64,000 nt of DNA. It comes from Solobacterium sp. (GTDB taxonomy: Bacteria; Bacillota_I; Bacilli_A; Erysipelotrichales; Erysipelotrichaceae). Shown here one piece after another: positions 36,514-48,587 of this stretch. The stretch is from the NCBI GenBank assembly GCA_017404505.1, contig JAFRCE010000018.1:24781-88780 (forward strand), given 5' to 3'. Both the position numbers and the translations under genes were made by a program. The notes beneath the pieces are model-generated. The model did no database searches. It saw nothing but the letters and a program-made list of their open reading frames with translations, and was not told the DNA's origin. The stretch's first letter is position 1; each line of letters begins with the position of its first letter.

Positions 36514-37737
36514 TTATCCTTTCATTTTCTGATCGAGAAGTGCCTGTACCCTGACGGGAAGTCCGTACAGGTTGATGAAGCCTCTGCTGTCTGTCTGATC
36601 GTAATCCGATTCGCCAAAGGACGCGAGTTCTTCGTTATACAGTGAATACGGACTGAAGACACCTGCCTTGAGGATGTTGCCCTTATAGAGTTTCAGTTTT
36701 GTTTTGCCTGTGACACATTCCTGCGTCTTGTCCACGAAAGCGCTCAGCGCTTCCCTTAACGGCGTATACCACTGGCCGTTGTATACCAGGTCGGCGAATG
36801 TCAGAGCGATTTCTGCTTTTTTATGAGCGGTCATTTTATCCAGGGTAATGGTTTCCAGGTATTTATGCGCTTCATAGAGGATCGTGCCGCCCGGTGTTTC
36901 GTAAATGCCTCTGCTCTTCATGCCGACCAGCCGGTTTTCAACCAGATCGAGAAGACCGATGCCGTTACGGCCGCCGAGTTCGTTCAGTTTGAGAACGATT
37001 TCCTTCGGTGTCATCTTTTCGCCATTGACCGATACCGGCATGCCCTGTTCAAATTCGATCGTCACTTCTTCCGGAGTGTCCGGCGCGTCGAGCGGACTGA
37101 CGCACATTTCCAGAAAGCCCGGTTTCGTGATCGGCGCTTCGTTGCCGGGATCTTCGAGATCGAGTCCTTCGTGGGAGAGATGCCAGAGATTCTTGTCTTT
37201 CGAATAGTTCGTCTCACGGCTGATCTTCAGGGGAATATGATGCGCTTCGGCATAGTCGATCTCGTCATCTCTGGATTTGAGATCCCATTCCCGCCACGGG
37301 GCGATGACATGCATGCCCGGCGCGAAATGCTGGATGGCCAGTTCGAATCTGACCTGGTCATTTCCCTTGCCGGTGCAGCCGTGGCAGATGGCATCGGCGT
37401 TTTCCTTCAGGGCCACTTCCACAAGACCCTTGGCGATCAAAGGCCGGGCATGGCTGGTGCCGAGCAGATAGTCTTCGTATGCGGCGCCGGCTTTCAGACA
37501 CGGCATGATGAAGTCGTTGACATATTCGTCCATCAGATCGAGAACATAAAGCTTCGACGCGCCGGTTTTGATCGCTTTTTCTTCAAGACCTTCCAGTTCG
37601 TCACCCTGGCCGACATTGCCGGAAACAGCGATGACTTCACAGTTGTTGTAGTTTTCCTTGAGCCATGGAATGATGACGGATGTGTCCAATCCGCCGCTGT
37701 ATGCCAGAACGACCTTTTTGATATCTTCTTTTTTCAT
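36514..37737 (-). CDS. argG: argininosuccinate synthase
   Basis: 407 aa. [11 protein letters not shown]-loop near the N-terminus and full-length ArgG-like sequence. Confidence 0.95.
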   Translation of the reverse strand: MKKEDIKKVVLAYSGGLDTSVIIPWLKENYNNCEVIAVSGNVGQGDELEGLEEKAIKTGASKLYVLDLMDEYVNDFIMPCLKAGAAYEDYLLGTSHARPLIAKGLVEVALKENADAICHGCTGKGNDQVRFELAIQHFAPGMHVIAPWREWDLKSRDDEIDYAEAHHIPLKISRETNYSKDKNLWHLSHEGLDLEDPGNEAPITKPGFLEMCVSPLDAPDTPEEVTIEFEQGMPVSVNGEKMTPKEIVLKLNELGGRNGIGLLDLVENRLVGMKSRGIYETPGGTILYEAHKYLETITLDKMTAHKKAEIALTFADLVYNGQWYTPLREALSAFVDKTQECVTGKTKLKLYKGNILKAGVFSPYSLYNEELASFGESDYDQTDSRGFINLYGLPVRVQALLDQKMKG

Positions 37738-37758
37738 TGTTCTTTCTCCTCCAGAATG

Positions 37759-37994
37759 AAAAACGTCCTTTGCGTTATCAACCCAAAGGACGTATATGTG
37801 CGCGGTGCCACCTCTGTTCCCGAAGACATATTCTCCGGACTCTCTTTTCCCTTAACGCGGTCTCTGCGTGATCTGCTCGGAATCCTTCGCAGACCCTGCT
37901 CCATGGCACGTTCCTTCCGTTTCCTCCGCCCCCTTGCACCAGACGGGGCTCGCTTGGGAGTTCATCATGAAGTACTACTCCACTTCTCAGCTTT
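37759..37994 (-). promoter_or_regulatory. T-box riboswitch leader, specifier CGU (Arg), with intrinsic terminator
   Basis: Minus strand: GAGAAGTGGAGTAGTA...AGCGA...CTGGTGCAAG...GGAAGGAA-CGT-GCCATGGAGCA is colinear with the glyQS stem I as I recall it. The T-box sequence is AGAGGTGGCACCGCG. The terminator is ACGTCCTTTG-N11-CAAAGGACGT + TTTTT (37759..37793). Confidence 0.8.
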
Positions 37995-38000
37995 AGCGTT

Positions 38001-38029
38001 ATGATAAATGGTTTTCTGAAAATATGCAA
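38001..38029 (-). promoter_or_regulatory. sigma-A promoter of the argGH T-box leader
   Basis: Minus strand: TTGCAT-17 nt-TATCAT. Confidence 0.6.
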
Positions 38030-38111
38030 TCGATTTGAAAGAATTTACGCACGATATCTGAAATTTTCATTTCTGTTACATTTCCAGTCAGATTCCCATC
38101 ATATCTGCAGA

Positions 38112-38147
38112 CAAAGAAAAACCGTGTTATGTATGTACACGGTTTTT
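38112..38147 (-). terminator. terminator after clpB (end of the heat-shock operon)
   Basis: AAAAACCGTGT-9 nt-ACACGGTTTTT. On the minus strand it is followed by TTTTTCTTTG. Confidence 0.75.
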
Positions 38148-38157
38148 CGGGTATCTG

Positions 38158-40722
38158 TCAGTTCAATTTTTCCTTGACCTTGACAATATAGGCGTCGTTT
38201 TCCTCGTCGACGATCAGCGTTTTGCCCTGCACGTCCGGATTTTCCAGAATGGCTCTGGCGACTGCTGTTTCGATTTCTCGCTGAATATGACGCTTCATCG
38301 GTCTGGCGCCGTAGAGCGGATCGACACCGTATTCCAGGATCCTTCCCTTGGCTGCCGGTGTGACTTCCAGCAGGATATCCTTCTCCTGAAGTCTTGCCCG
38401 CAGCTGGTTGAGGAACTTGTCGGCGATCTTCTCAAGCACAGCGTCGTCCAGGCTGTTGAAGACGATGATCTCGTCGACACGGTTGATGAATTCCGGTTTG
38501 AAGAACTTCTGCACTTCGGCAAGATAGGAATCTTCTCTTCGGATCGGATCCGTATCAAAGGCAAACTGCGAGCCGAGGTTGCTGGTCATGATAATGATCG
38601 TGTTCTTGAAGTCGACTGTCACACCCTTGGAATCGGTGATGCGGCCGTCGTCAAGGATCTGCAGCAGGATATTGAACACATCCGGCTGCGCCTGTTCGAT
38701 CTCGTCAAGCAGGACGATACTGTAAGGCGAACGTCTGACTGCTTCGGTCAGCTGACCGCCTTCCTCGTAGCCTACATAGCCCGGAGGCGCGCCAATCAGA
38801 CGGCTGACCGAGAACTTCTCCATGTATTCAGACATGTCGATACGGACGATCTTGCCTTCGTCGTCGAAGAGCTGCTGGGCAAGTGCCTTGGCCACCTCGG
38901 TCTTACCGACACCGGTCGGACCCAGGAACATGAAGGAACCGAGCGGTCTGTTTTCGTCCTGGATATTCGCCTTGGAGCGCATGATGGCATCCGTGACGAG
39001 TTTCAGGGCATGATCCTGACCCATGACACGCTCTCTGAGGTAGTCACTCAGATGCAGGATCTTCTGCCGTTCCGTGCTCATCAGTCTGGCAACTTCGATA
39101 TGCGTCCAGCGGGAGACGATCTTGGCGATCATGTCTTCGTCAACGACCTGCTGGATCATCTTCGCTTCATGGCTGTTTTCGCTTTCATAGATCAGCTTTT
39201 CCAGAGCCGGGATCGTATCGTATTTCAGCCGGGCGGCCCGCTCGTAATCGGCGTCATTCTGCGCCTGAGTCAGATCGAGCTTGGCTTTTTCCAGCTGTTC
39301 CTTGGATGCTTTGACAGCATCCATCTGCTCTTTTTCTTTTTTCCACTGGGAGAACTTGGCCTCTTTGACCTCATTGAGATCGGCCAGTTCCTTCTGGATC
39401 TCCTCCAGACGTTCCTTCGCCTTCTCGTCGAGCTCGTCTTTCAGTGACGTCTCTTCGATCTGCAGGGTCATGATCTTGCGTGAGAGTTCATCCAGTTCCG
39501 CCGGCATGGAATCCATCTCGACACGGATGGAAGCACACGCTTCGTCGATCAGGTCGATTGCCTTGTCCGGCAGGAAACGGTCCGTGATATAGCGGTTGGA
39601 CAGGGTCGCCGCGGCAATGATCGCCTCATCCTTGATTTCGACGCCATGGTGGCTTTCAAAACGGTCTTTCAGACCTCTCAGGATCGAGATCGTATCTTCC
39701 ACCGTCGGCTCGGCAACCATGATCTTCTGGAATCTTCTTTCGAGAGCTCTGTCCTTTTCAATGTATTTGCGGTATTCGTCAAACGTCGTCGCGCCAATGC
39801 ACTTCAGTTCGCCTCTTGCCAGCATCGGCTTCAGGAGGTTGGCCGCATCCATGGAGCCTTCTGTCTTGCCGGCTCCGACCAGATTGTGCAGTTCGTCGAT
39901 AAACAGGATAATGCCGCCGTCGGCTTTCTGTACCTGTTTGAGAACGCCCTTCAGACGCTCTTCGAATTCACCGCGGTATTTCGCGCCGGCGATCAGGGCG
40001 CCCATATCCAGTTCGATCAGACGCTTGTCCTTGAGGCCGAGCGGTACGTCACCGTTCATGATACGCCAGGCCAGACCCTCCACGATGGCGGTCTTGCCGA
40101 CGCCCGGTTCACCGATCAGAACCGGATTGTTCTTCGTTTTGCGGGAAAGGATCTCGATTACCCGGCGGATCTCGTCATCCCTGCCGATAACCGGATCGAT
40201 CTTTCCGTCCTTGACATCCTGTACCAGGTCATGTCCGTATTTATTCAATGCATCGAGTTGGCTTTCGTTGGTCTTTTCATCCATGGTCATACCTCCTCTT
40301 CGATCTTCTTCTGCTTTCCGGATATCATCCGTATTGAAGTGATATTTCTTCTTCAGTGTCTGAATGATGCCGGCATTGGTGTCAGACAGTCCGATCAGCA
40401 GCGCGGCAGTGCTCATATATGTATCGCCGTTCTGCTTCATGTACTGCAGCGCGTTCGTATATCCCTGCGACAGATCACGGGAAACAGCCGGTTCGCTGTT
40501 TCCGCTGACGGAAGGCAGACGGTTCACGGCATCTTCCGCGACAGCGCTCAGATCATCCTTGTCGATGTTCAGCCGCTGCCAGATACCGTCCAGGCTGTCA
40601 TTCTCGCACATCGCATAAAGAATATGCTCGGCGGCAATTTCACTGTTCAGTCTTTCCCGGGCCATGCTTACCGCCCTCATCAGGATTTCCTGAAGCTGTT
40701 CTGTCATTTGTTCTATATTCAT
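38158..40722 (-). CDS. clpB: ATP-dependent chaperone ClpB
   Basis: 854 aa. Two AAA+ modules ([18 protein letters not shown]) with a long coiled-coil middle domain. Confidence 0.95.
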   Translation of the reverse strand: MNIEQMTEQLQEILMRAVSMARERLNSEIAAEHILYAMCENDSLDGIWQRLNIDKDDLSAVAEDAVNRLPSVSGNSEPAVSRDLSQGYTNALQYMKQNGDTYMSTAALLIGLSDTNAGIIQTLKKKYHFNTDDIRKAEEDRRGGMTMDEKTNESQLDALNKYGHDLVQDVKDGKIDPVIGRDDEIRRVIEILSRKTKNNPVLIGEPGVGKTAIVEGLAWRIMNGDVPLGLKDKRLIELDMGALIAGAKYRGEFEERLKGVLKQVQKADGGIILFIDELHNLVGAGKTEGSMDAANLLKPMLARGELKCIGATTFDEYRKYIEKDRALERRFQKIMVAEPTVEDTISILRGLKDRFESHHGVEIKDEAIIAAATLSNRYITDRFLPDKAIDLIDEACASIRVEMDSMPAELDELSRKIMTLQIEETSLKDELDEKAKERLEEIQKELADLNEVKEAKFSQWKKEKEQMDAVKASKEQLEKAKLDLTQAQNDADYERAARLKYDTIPALEKLIYESENSHEAKMIQQVVDEDMIAKIVSRWTHIEVARLMSTERQKILHLSDYLRERVMGQDHALKLVTDAIMRSKANIQDENRPLGSFMFLGPTGVGKTEVAKALAQQLFDDEGKIVRIDMSEYMEKFSVSRLIGAPPGYVGYEEGGQLTEAVRRSPYSIVLLDEIEQAQPDVFNILLQILDDGRITDSKGVTVDFKNTIIIMTSNLGSQFAFDTDPIRREDSYLAEVQKFFKPEFINRVDEIIVFNSLDDAVLEKIADKFLNQLRARLQEKDILLEVTPAAKGRILEYGVDPLYGARPMKRHIQREIETAVARAILENPDVQGKTLIVDEENDAYIVKVKEKLN

Positions 40723-40754
40723 CTCACACCTCCTTCTGCAGAAGGCTTGTCAGA

Positions 40755-41900
40755 TCAGGAGAAGTTTTTCTTAAAGCGTTCCCATACACTTTCACCCTGT
40801 CTTGTGCCCTGCAGTTCCTGAAGCTGTTTGTATAATTCCTTTTCCTTGCGGGAGAGATTGTCATCAACTCTGATATTGACAGTGCAGATCTGATCACCCT
40901 CTTTGCCGCCGCGGATATCCTTGACACCCTTGCCTTTCAGGCGGAACTGTTTGCCGTTCTGGGTGCCGGCCGGAATCTTCATCGTAACGTCACCGTGAAT
41001 GGTCGGAACGTCGATGGAACATCCCAGTGTCGCATCGACAGCCGAAACCGGAATATCGAGATAGATATTCTTTCCGTCACGTTCAAATCTCTCATGCGGT
41101 TCGACATAGATCTCGATATAGAGATCGCCGTTCGGGCCGCCGTTATAACCGCGTTCGCCCTTGCCGGCTACCCGCAGCTGCTGACCGCTGCTGATACCGG
41201 CCGGAATGTTGACTTCCACTTCGCTCGTCTTGCGCTCGTAGCCTTTGCCTTTGCAGCGGGGGCAGACCTTGCGGATCCTTTTGCCGGTTCCCTGGCAGTC
41301 CGGACATGCCCCCTGGGTCTGGAAGACTCCAAAGGCAGTACGCTGCTGCTGGATCACGGTACCGGTGCCGCGGCAGGTCGAACACGTTTCAATATCGGAA
41401 GCACTGGCGGCACCGCTGCCTTTGCAGTCCGGACACTGCTCGTCGACAGCCAGACTGATCGTCTCTTTTTTGCCGAAGCAGGCATCCATAAAAGAGATAT
41501 TCATCCGCATCAGCTTGTCGTCGCCCTTGCGCGGAGCGTTCGACGCTCGCCCTCTGCCGGACGAGCCGAAGCCGCCCATACTGCCGCCGAAGAACGATGA
41601 GAAGATATCGTTCAGGTCATCGAAGCCGCCGCTGGAAAAGCCCTGTGAGAAGCCGCCGAAACCACCGGCGGAACCATCCACGCCGGCAAATCCGAACTGG
41701 TCATAATTGGCACGCTTGGTCGCGTCACTGAGCACTTCGTATGCCTCATTGACTTCCTTGAACTTTTCTTCCGCGCCCGGTTCCTTGTTGACATCGGGGT
41801 GGTATTTCTTGGCCAGTTTCCGGTATGCTTTTTTGATCTCATCATCCGAGGCGTTCTTGGCTACGCCAAGGACCTCATAATAATCTCTTTTATCTGCCAT
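40755..41900 (-). CDS. dnaJ: molecular chaperone DnaJ
   Basis: 381 aa. J domain with HPD, a G/F-rich linker and four CxxCxGxG zinc-finger repeats. Confidence 0.95.
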   Translation of the reverse strand: MADKRDYYEVLGVAKNASDDEIKKAYRKLAKKYHPDVNKEPGAEEKFKEVNEAYEVLSDATKRANYDQFGFAGVDGSAGGFGGFSQGFSSGGFDDLNDIFSSFFGGSMGGFGSSGRGRASNAPRKGDDKLMRMNISFMDACFGKKETISLAVDEQCPDCKGSGAASASDIETCSTCRGTGTVIQQQRTAFGVFQTQGACPDCQGTGKRIRKVCPRCKGKGYERKTSEVEVNIPAGISSGQQLRVAGKGERGYNGGPNGDLYIEIYVEPHERFERDGKNIYLDIPVSAVDATLGCSIDVPTIHGDVTMKIPAGTQNGKQFRLKGKGVKDIRGGKEGDQICTVNIRVDDNLSRKEKELYKQLQELQGTRQGESVWERFKKNFS

Positions 41901-41921
41901 ATTCCAATACTCCTAACATAC

Positions 41922-41952
41922 AGAATGCGGAATTCTGTTCAATCCCGCATTC
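41922..41952 (-). other. intercistronic hairpin between dnaK and dnaJ
   Basis: 9-bp stem AGAATGCGG/CCGCATTCT with a 13-nt loop and no clear T-tract. It may act as an mRNA processing, stability or attenuation element. Confidence 0.4.
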
Positions 41953-41967
41953 TTCTGAATCTTCTGC

Positions 41968-43812
<1,845 letters not shown>

Positions 43813-44367
43813 TTATTCACTCACCTTGACCATTGCGGCCCTTAAGATGCGGTCTTTCAGTTTATATCCCTTCTGCAGAACCTGCAGCACCATGCCGGCT
43901 TCGACGCCGTCCTGATGTTCCGTCATCAGCGCCTGATGCCAGTTGGCGTCAAACGGCTGACCTTCCGCCTCGATTTCCTTCACGCCTTCTTTTTCAAGTG
44001 CCATCTTCAGCTGTCCGTAGATCATCTCGACGCCCTTGCGGTATGTTTCGTCGGTTGTCTCGTGAGCCAGAGCTCTTTCACAGTTGTCCAGCACCGGCAG
44101 GATCTCAAGCGCGAAACTCTGCATCATGTATTTGCTGCGCTGCTCGAATTCGTTCTGCAGACGCTTGCGGGTATTCTCCGTGTCGGCGTATGCTTTCGCG
44201 TATTCGTTTTTCAGTACGGCCACCTTTTTCTGCAGATCTTCATTCTCCGCTTTCAGGGCAGCGACCTCATCGACTTCTTCAACAGCCTCGGCTGTTTCCG
44301 CCGTATCTTCACTGACGGTTTCCTCAATGTTTTCGTCTGCTGTATCCAAAATCTTTTCTTCACTCAT
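43813..44367 (-). CDS. grpE: nucleotide exchange factor GrpE
   Basis: The track ORF runs to 44400. ATG 44367 (MSEEKIL) has GGAGG 8 nt upstream. The C-terminal GrpE domain (...DANWHQAL...GYKLKDRILRAAMVKV) is present. Confidence 0.92.
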   Translation of the reverse strand: MSEEKILDTADENIEETVSEDTAETAEAVEEVDEVAALKAENEDLQKKVAVLKNEYAKAYADTENTRKRLQNEFEQRSKYMMQSFALEILPVLDNCERALAHETTDETYRKGVEMIYGQLKMALEKEGVKEIEAEGQPFDANWHQALMTEHQDGVEAGMVLQVLQKGYKLKDRILRAAMVKVSE

Positions 44368-45388
44368 TGTCTCTGCCTCCTGCGTTGTACATCTTTTCAA
44401 TCATTCTAGCGGCATAGTCGATCATCGCGATGATGCGGTCGTAATTCATGCGGCTCGGTCCGACGACCATCAGCTCACCCGTCTCCTGATCATTGACATG
44501 AAACTTGGAGCGAACGATGGCCAGGTCGTTGTACCAAGTCAGCTGCGCACCGCGCTTGGTGGTCACTGCCAGAGCATTCTGGCTGTTTTCCATCTTTTTC
44601 CATACGCTCACGTCGTCAAACATGCTCATCAGCTGCTTCAGCTTGTTGATATCCTCAAATTCCGGCTGATACAGCATTCTGTCCTTGCCGGAAAAATAGA
44701 CATTGTCGGAAGCGAACCTGACAAACGCTTTGACAAAGGCGGTAAACAGCAGATCATGACGCTGAACCACGGAACTGAGTTCCGGCTTCAGATGATCCAT
44801 CGCTTTCGCCAGGTCACAGATCCGGATGCCTCTCAGCCGCTGGTTGAGAATGTCCGTACAGGTCTCAAGATCAGAGAACGGCACGTCTTCATCAAAACGG
44901 AAACTGCGGGTTTCCGTGTGACCGGTGTTGGTAATGAACACACATACACAATGGCGGCTGTCGATCGGGAACAGTTTGATATGTTCAAGTTTCTGTTCCG
45001 AAGAATCCGGACCGATCGCGCCGGTTGTCATATTCGTCATTTCGGACAGGATCGCACAGCTCTGTCTGACCGCCTCCTCGATATTCATGTTGGAAGCTTC
45101 AAACGCGTCGCGGATCGCCAGTTCCATACGCTTGTCGATGCCGGAATTCTCCAGCAGATTCTCGCAGTAGAACTTATAGCCCAGTGTGCTTGGCACACGG
45201 CCGCTGGAAGTATGCGTCTTTTCCAGATATCCCATGTCCTCCAAAACCATCATGTCATTGCGGATCGTGGCACTGGAGTAGGAAAGGTTGTATTTCTGCT
45301 GCAGGGTTTTGGAACCTACCGGTTCAGCTGTTTTGATGAACTCGTCGACGATTGCTTTGAAAATCTCAATTCTTCTCGGCGTCAGCAT
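44360..45388 (-). CDS. hrcA: heat-inducible transcription repressor HrcA
   Basis: 342 aa. MLTPRRIEIFKAIVDEFIKTAEPVGSKTL is a typical HrcA N-terminus. It is the first gene of the operon, behind the CIRCE elements. Confidence 0.95.
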   Translation of the reverse strand: MLTPRRIEIFKAIVDEFIKTAEPVGSKTLQQKYNLSYSSATIRNDMMVLEDMGYLEKTHTSSGRVPSTLGYKFYCENLLENSGIDKRMELAIRDAFEASNMNIEEAVRQSCAILSEMTNMTTGAIGPDSSEQKLEHIKLFPIDSRHCVCVFITNTGHTETRSFRFDEDVPFSDLETCTDILNQRLRGIRICDLAKAMDHLKPELSSVVQRHDLLFTAFVKAFVRFASDNVYFSGKDRMLYQPEFEDINKLKQLMSMFDDVSVWKKMENSQNALAVTTKRGAQLTWYNDLAIVRSKFHVNDQETGELMVVGPSRMNYDRIIAMIDYAARMIEKMYNAGGRDNE

Positions 45389-45402
45389 TCAACACCTCCT
45401 TT

Positions 45403-45429
45403 TTAGCACTCCATCCTTATGCCTGCTAA
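45403..45429. promoter_or_regulatory. CIRCE operator 1 (imperfect), between the -10 box and the SD of hrcA
   Basis: Plus strand: TTAGCACTC-CATCCTTAT-GCCTGCTAA. The consensus is TTAGCACTC-N9-GAGTGCTAA. Confidence 0.75.
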
Positions 45430-45430
45430 T

Positions 45431-45459
45431 ATCTTACGCCAGGCTTTTAGCACTGTCAA
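45431..45459 (-). promoter_or_regulatory. sigma-A promoter of the hrcA operon
   Basis: Minus strand: TTGACA-17 nt-TAAGAT. The -35 box lies inside CIRCE 2. Confidence 0.65.
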
Positions 45460-45473
45460 TGGAAAAGTGCTAA
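45447..45473. promoter_or_regulatory. CIRCE operator 2, overlapping the -35 box
   Basis: TTAGCACTG-TCAATGGAA-AAGTGCTAA, with N9 spacing. Confidence 0.75.
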
Positions 45474-45495
45474 ATTGTGAAAAGAATACGGATAA

Positions 45496-45520
45496 CAAAA
45501 AAAACAGGCGTTTGCCTGTT
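45496..45520 (-). terminator. terminator after coaD
   Basis: Minus strand: AACAGGC-AAAC-GCCTGTT followed by TTTTTTTTG. The stem abuts the coaD stop codon. Confidence 0.7.
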
Positions 45521-46005
45521 TACTGTCTCAGCTTTTCCGCCACTTTCTGTTCGATGGCATGCGGGACCAGATTTTCGATACTGCCATTGTTCAGGGCAAT
45601 TTCCTTGATTACCGAGGAACTCAGGAAAGAGAACAGCGGCCGGGCAATCAGGAACAGCGTTTCGACTTCCTCTGCCAGCACCATGTTGGCGGTTGCCTGC
45701 TGAAGTTCATATTCATAATCGGATACCGCCCGGATTCCGCGGATGATCACGCCGCAGCCAAGTTTGCGGGCATATTCGACAGTCAGACCGGTGCCGATGT
45801 GCACTCTGACATTGTCACATCCGCCTGCTTCCTTCAGACAGTCCTCGATCATCTGTTTTCTTTCCTCCGCACTGAATGTGCATTTCTTGCGGGGATTTTC
45901 CATGATCAGAACTTCGACTTCCTCAAACATCCGGGCGCTTCTGGTGATGATGTCCATATGACCGATGGTGATCGGATCAAAGGTACCAGGATAACATGCT
46001 TTCAT
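45520..46005 (-). CDS. coaD: pantetheine-phosphate adenylyltransferase
   Basis: 161 aa. YPGTFDPITIGHMDII motif. Confidence 0.95.
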   Translation of the reverse strand: MKACYPGTFDPITIGHMDIITRSARMFEEVEVLIMENPRKKCTFSAEERKQMIEDCLKEAGGCDNVRVHIGTGLTVEYARKLGCGVIIRGIRAVSDYEYELQQATANMVLAEEVETLFLIARPLFSFLSSSVIKEIALNNGSIENLVPHAIEQKVAEKLRQ

Positions 46006-46565
46006 TTTTGATCTCCTTCGTTTTTCAGATAGGTAATGCGGCTGATTCCGTAGACAGCTTCCTTATAATATTTTATATGTCCAAAATCCTGTGCGAAACT
46101 GTCTTCCTTTAATGATTCTATCACGATACGGCCGTCCGGATTCATCATATTGCTTTCTTCCAGCCAGCGAATGACGCGGGCATTCTCCTGTCTGGCATAC
46201 GGCGGATCAAGATAGACGAGATCAAACGTGATTCCCTCTTCCTTCAGCAGATGCAGTGCCTTGTCAGCCCGCATCGGCAGAACGCGGCATTTATCCTGAC
46301 AGCCCAGCGAAGCGATATTGCGGCGGATGACATTGACGGCATCCCGGCTGACATCGACAAAGACAGCCTGATCAAATCCCCGTGAGATCGCCTCCAGACC
46401 GTTGGCGCCGCTGCCGGCATACAGATCAAGGAACACACCGCCGGCAAAGAAACCGCCCAGGGAAGAAAAGACCGCTTCCCTCACTTTGTCGAGGGTCGGT
46501 CTTGTCGTATTGCCTTTCGGAGCTTCGATTTTTCTTGAGGAGTATTCTCCGGCGACGATTCTCAT
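46002..46565 (-). CDS. rsmD: 16S rRNA (guanine966-N2)-methyltransferase
   Basis: 187 aa. RPTLDKVREAVFSSL and DPPY motifs. Conserved rsmD-coaD pairing. Confidence 0.9.
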   Translation of the reverse strand: MRIVAGEYSSRKIEAPKGNTTRPTLDKVREAVFSSLGGFFAGGVFLDLYAGSGANGLEAISRGFDQAVFVDVSRDAVNVIRRNIASLGCQDKCRVLPMRADKALHLLKEEGITFDLVYLDPPYARQENARVIRWLEESNMMNPDGRIVIESLKEDSFAQDFGHIKYYKEAVYGISRITYLKNEGDQK

Positions 46566-47785
46566 CGGATCTCTCCGTTCTGATAGCGGATAATGACAGC
46601 CTGGCAGATACCGATGGCGGCCATGAAGGACATGGTCGAAGAACCGCCGGCGGAAATCATCAGCAGCGGAACGCCGGTCAGCGGAATCAGACCGGTCACA
46701 CCGCCGATATTGAAGAACATATGGATCAGCAGATACATTGCAGTGCCGATCAGGATGATCCGCGCCTTTTCACTCTGTATCTCCTTCGCATAGGTCAATA
46801 AACGGAAGATGACGATGCCGTAAAGAACCATCAGCACCATGAAACCGACAAAGCCGAGTTCCTCGACAAGAACAGCGAGAATATAGTCGGTGTTGGCCGC
46901 CGGGAAATTCATGTACTTACGCACGGAGTGACCGTAGCCAAGACCAAACCAGCCGCCGGTCGCGAATGACACCAGACCGTTTACCAGCTGATAGCCTTCG
47001 CCATAGCGGTCCGAGAACGGGTCGATCGCGGAAATGATACGGGCTTTCTGATAAGGCTCGAGGAACTTCAGCGAGTCGATGAACTTTTCACCGGCCGGTG
47101 ACAGCAGCATGATGACCAGAATGACCGTCAGCCAGAACAGCAGCTTGAGCCAGAACTGGAAGTGGCGCATCTGCGGATGGGACGGAATCAGAAACGAAAT
47201 ACAGGTCAGAAGGAAAATAACGACCGCCGAACCCAGGTCATGCTGGAGGATCAGGACGATAAAGACGATCAGACCGCAGAAGAAAACCGGTTTCTTGATC
47301 ACGTCGAAATTCGTTTTGAACCGTGCTTTCAGATCACCGCAGTAAGCGGCGACGATCAGCAGTACGACGATCTTGGCGAACTCGGAAGGCTGAACACTGA
47401 CTTCCGTAATACCGATCGGCAGGTAGATCCAGGCACGCGATCCGGTATTGTTCGGGAACAGCAGACATACCATCAGAATAATAAAGGTAAAGAATACCAG
47501 TGAGGGAAACGCGTCACTCTTCAGGAATTTCAGAGAAAAGTAACGGGCAAAGCGGTTCATCGCGTAATAACCGATGACCGCGTAAAGGATCTGCTTGATC
47601 ACGGTGATCAGAAGCTGGGTCGTTTTGCCGATATAAATGCCCATTGAGGCACTTCCAACCATGATGACACCATAAAGCACCAGAGCAAGCACGCAGCCGG
47701 TGATCCATCTGTCATGGCCGGCCGGCATCAGAATTCTCAGAAAATCAAGATGTTTTTCACTGTCAGATTTCGTAAACACACTCAT
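46562..47785 (-). CDS. FtsW/RodA/SpoVE (SEDS) family peptidoglycan polymerase
   Basis: 407 aa, about 10 TM helices. QPSEFAK and GGVTGLIPLTGVPLLMISAGGSS motifs. Confidence 0.9.
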   Translation of the reverse strand: MSVFTKSDSEKHLDFLRILMPAGHDRWITGCVLALVLYGVIMVGSASMGIYIGKTTQLLITVIKQILYAVIGYYAMNRFARYFSLKFLKSDAFPSLVFFTFIILMVCLLFPNNTGSRAWIYLPIGITEVSVQPSEFAKIVVLLIVAAYCGDLKARFKTNFDVIKKPVFFCGLIVFIVLILQHDLGSAVVIFLLTCISFLIPSHPQMRHFQFWLKLLFWLTVILVIMLLSPAGEKFIDSLKFLEPYQKARIISAIDPFSDRYGEGYQLVNGLVSFATGGWFGLGYGHSVRKYMNFPAANTDYILAVLVEELGFVGFMVLMVLYGIVIFRLLTYAKEIQSEKARIILIGTAMYLLIHMFFNIGGVTGLIPLTGVPLLMISAGGSSTMSFMAAIGICQAVIIRYQNGEIR

Positions 47786-47883
47786 AACAGATGTATTTTA
47801 GCATTGATCTTTATAAATTCACAGTTGTTTCCGGTCCGAATTCCCCGCCGGACGGATCCGGTGGCTGTAAACAGGCCGTTTCT

Positions 47884-47911
47884 TTGACAATACGGATAAT
47901 CCTGCTAGAAT
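47884..47911 (+). promoter_or_regulatory. sigma-A promoter of def
   Basis: TTGACA-16 nt-TAGAAT, with SD GAGG upstream of ATG 47930. Confidence 0.6.
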
Positions 47912-47929
47912 ACTAACGAGGTTATTTTT

Positions 47930-48496
47930 ATGCTGATCAATAATGACACGATTATTAAAGATACAGATCCTCTGATCCGTCAGAAATCCGAGGATGTTCC
48001 CCTGCCGCTTTCGTCTGAAGACGAACAGCTGCTCAGGGATATGATGAAATATGTTGTTGACTCCACCGATCCCGAGATCGCCGAGCGGGAAAACCTGCGG
48101 CCGGCGGTCGGCATCAGTGCCATCCAGGTCGGCGTGCCGAAAAAGATGACGGCTGTCGTCGTCGACGATAAGGACAAAGACGGCAACGATGTCCGCTACC
48201 AGTTCATGCTGGTGAATCCGCGCATCGTATCCTCTTCCGTGCAGCCTGCCTATCTGGAAGGCGGCGAAGGATGTCTGTCGGTCGTCAATGAACACGAAGG
48301 CCATGTCATCCGCTCCGCCCGCATCAAGGTCAGAGCCTTTGACCTCTGCGCGAACCAGAACATCGAGATCCGGGCCAGAGGTTATCTGGCGATTGTTCTC
48401 CAGCACGAACTGGATCATTTCAAGGGGATTCTTTTCTATGATCATATCGATCCCGAAGACCCTCTTAAAAGTCCCGAGAACGCCCTTGTTCTCTGA
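47930..48496 (+). CDS. def: peptide deformylase
   Basis: 188 aa. GISAIQVG, EGCLS and HELDH motifs. Confidence 0.95.
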   Translation: MLINNDTIIKDTDPLIRQKSEDVPLPLSSEDEQLLRDMMKYVVDSTDPEIAERENLRPAVGISAIQVGVPKKMTAVVVDDKDKDGNDVRYQFMLVNPRIVSSSVQPAYLEGGEGCLSVVNEHEGHVIRSARIKVRAFDLCANQNIEIRARGYLAIVLQHELDHFKGILFYDHIDPEDPLKSPENALVL

Positions 48497-48504
48497 GATT
48501 TTCG

Positions 48505-48534
48505 TTGTCTTTAGCAACTCTGTTACGCTATAAT
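48505..48534 (+). promoter_or_regulatory. candidate promoter of rnj
   Basis: TTGTCT-18 nt-TATAAT. Confidence 0.45.
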
Positions 48535-48587
48535 TAGGGTAAGTACAGAGAGTAATCTCATGTTTTCAAAGTGAGGAAAATAATCAT

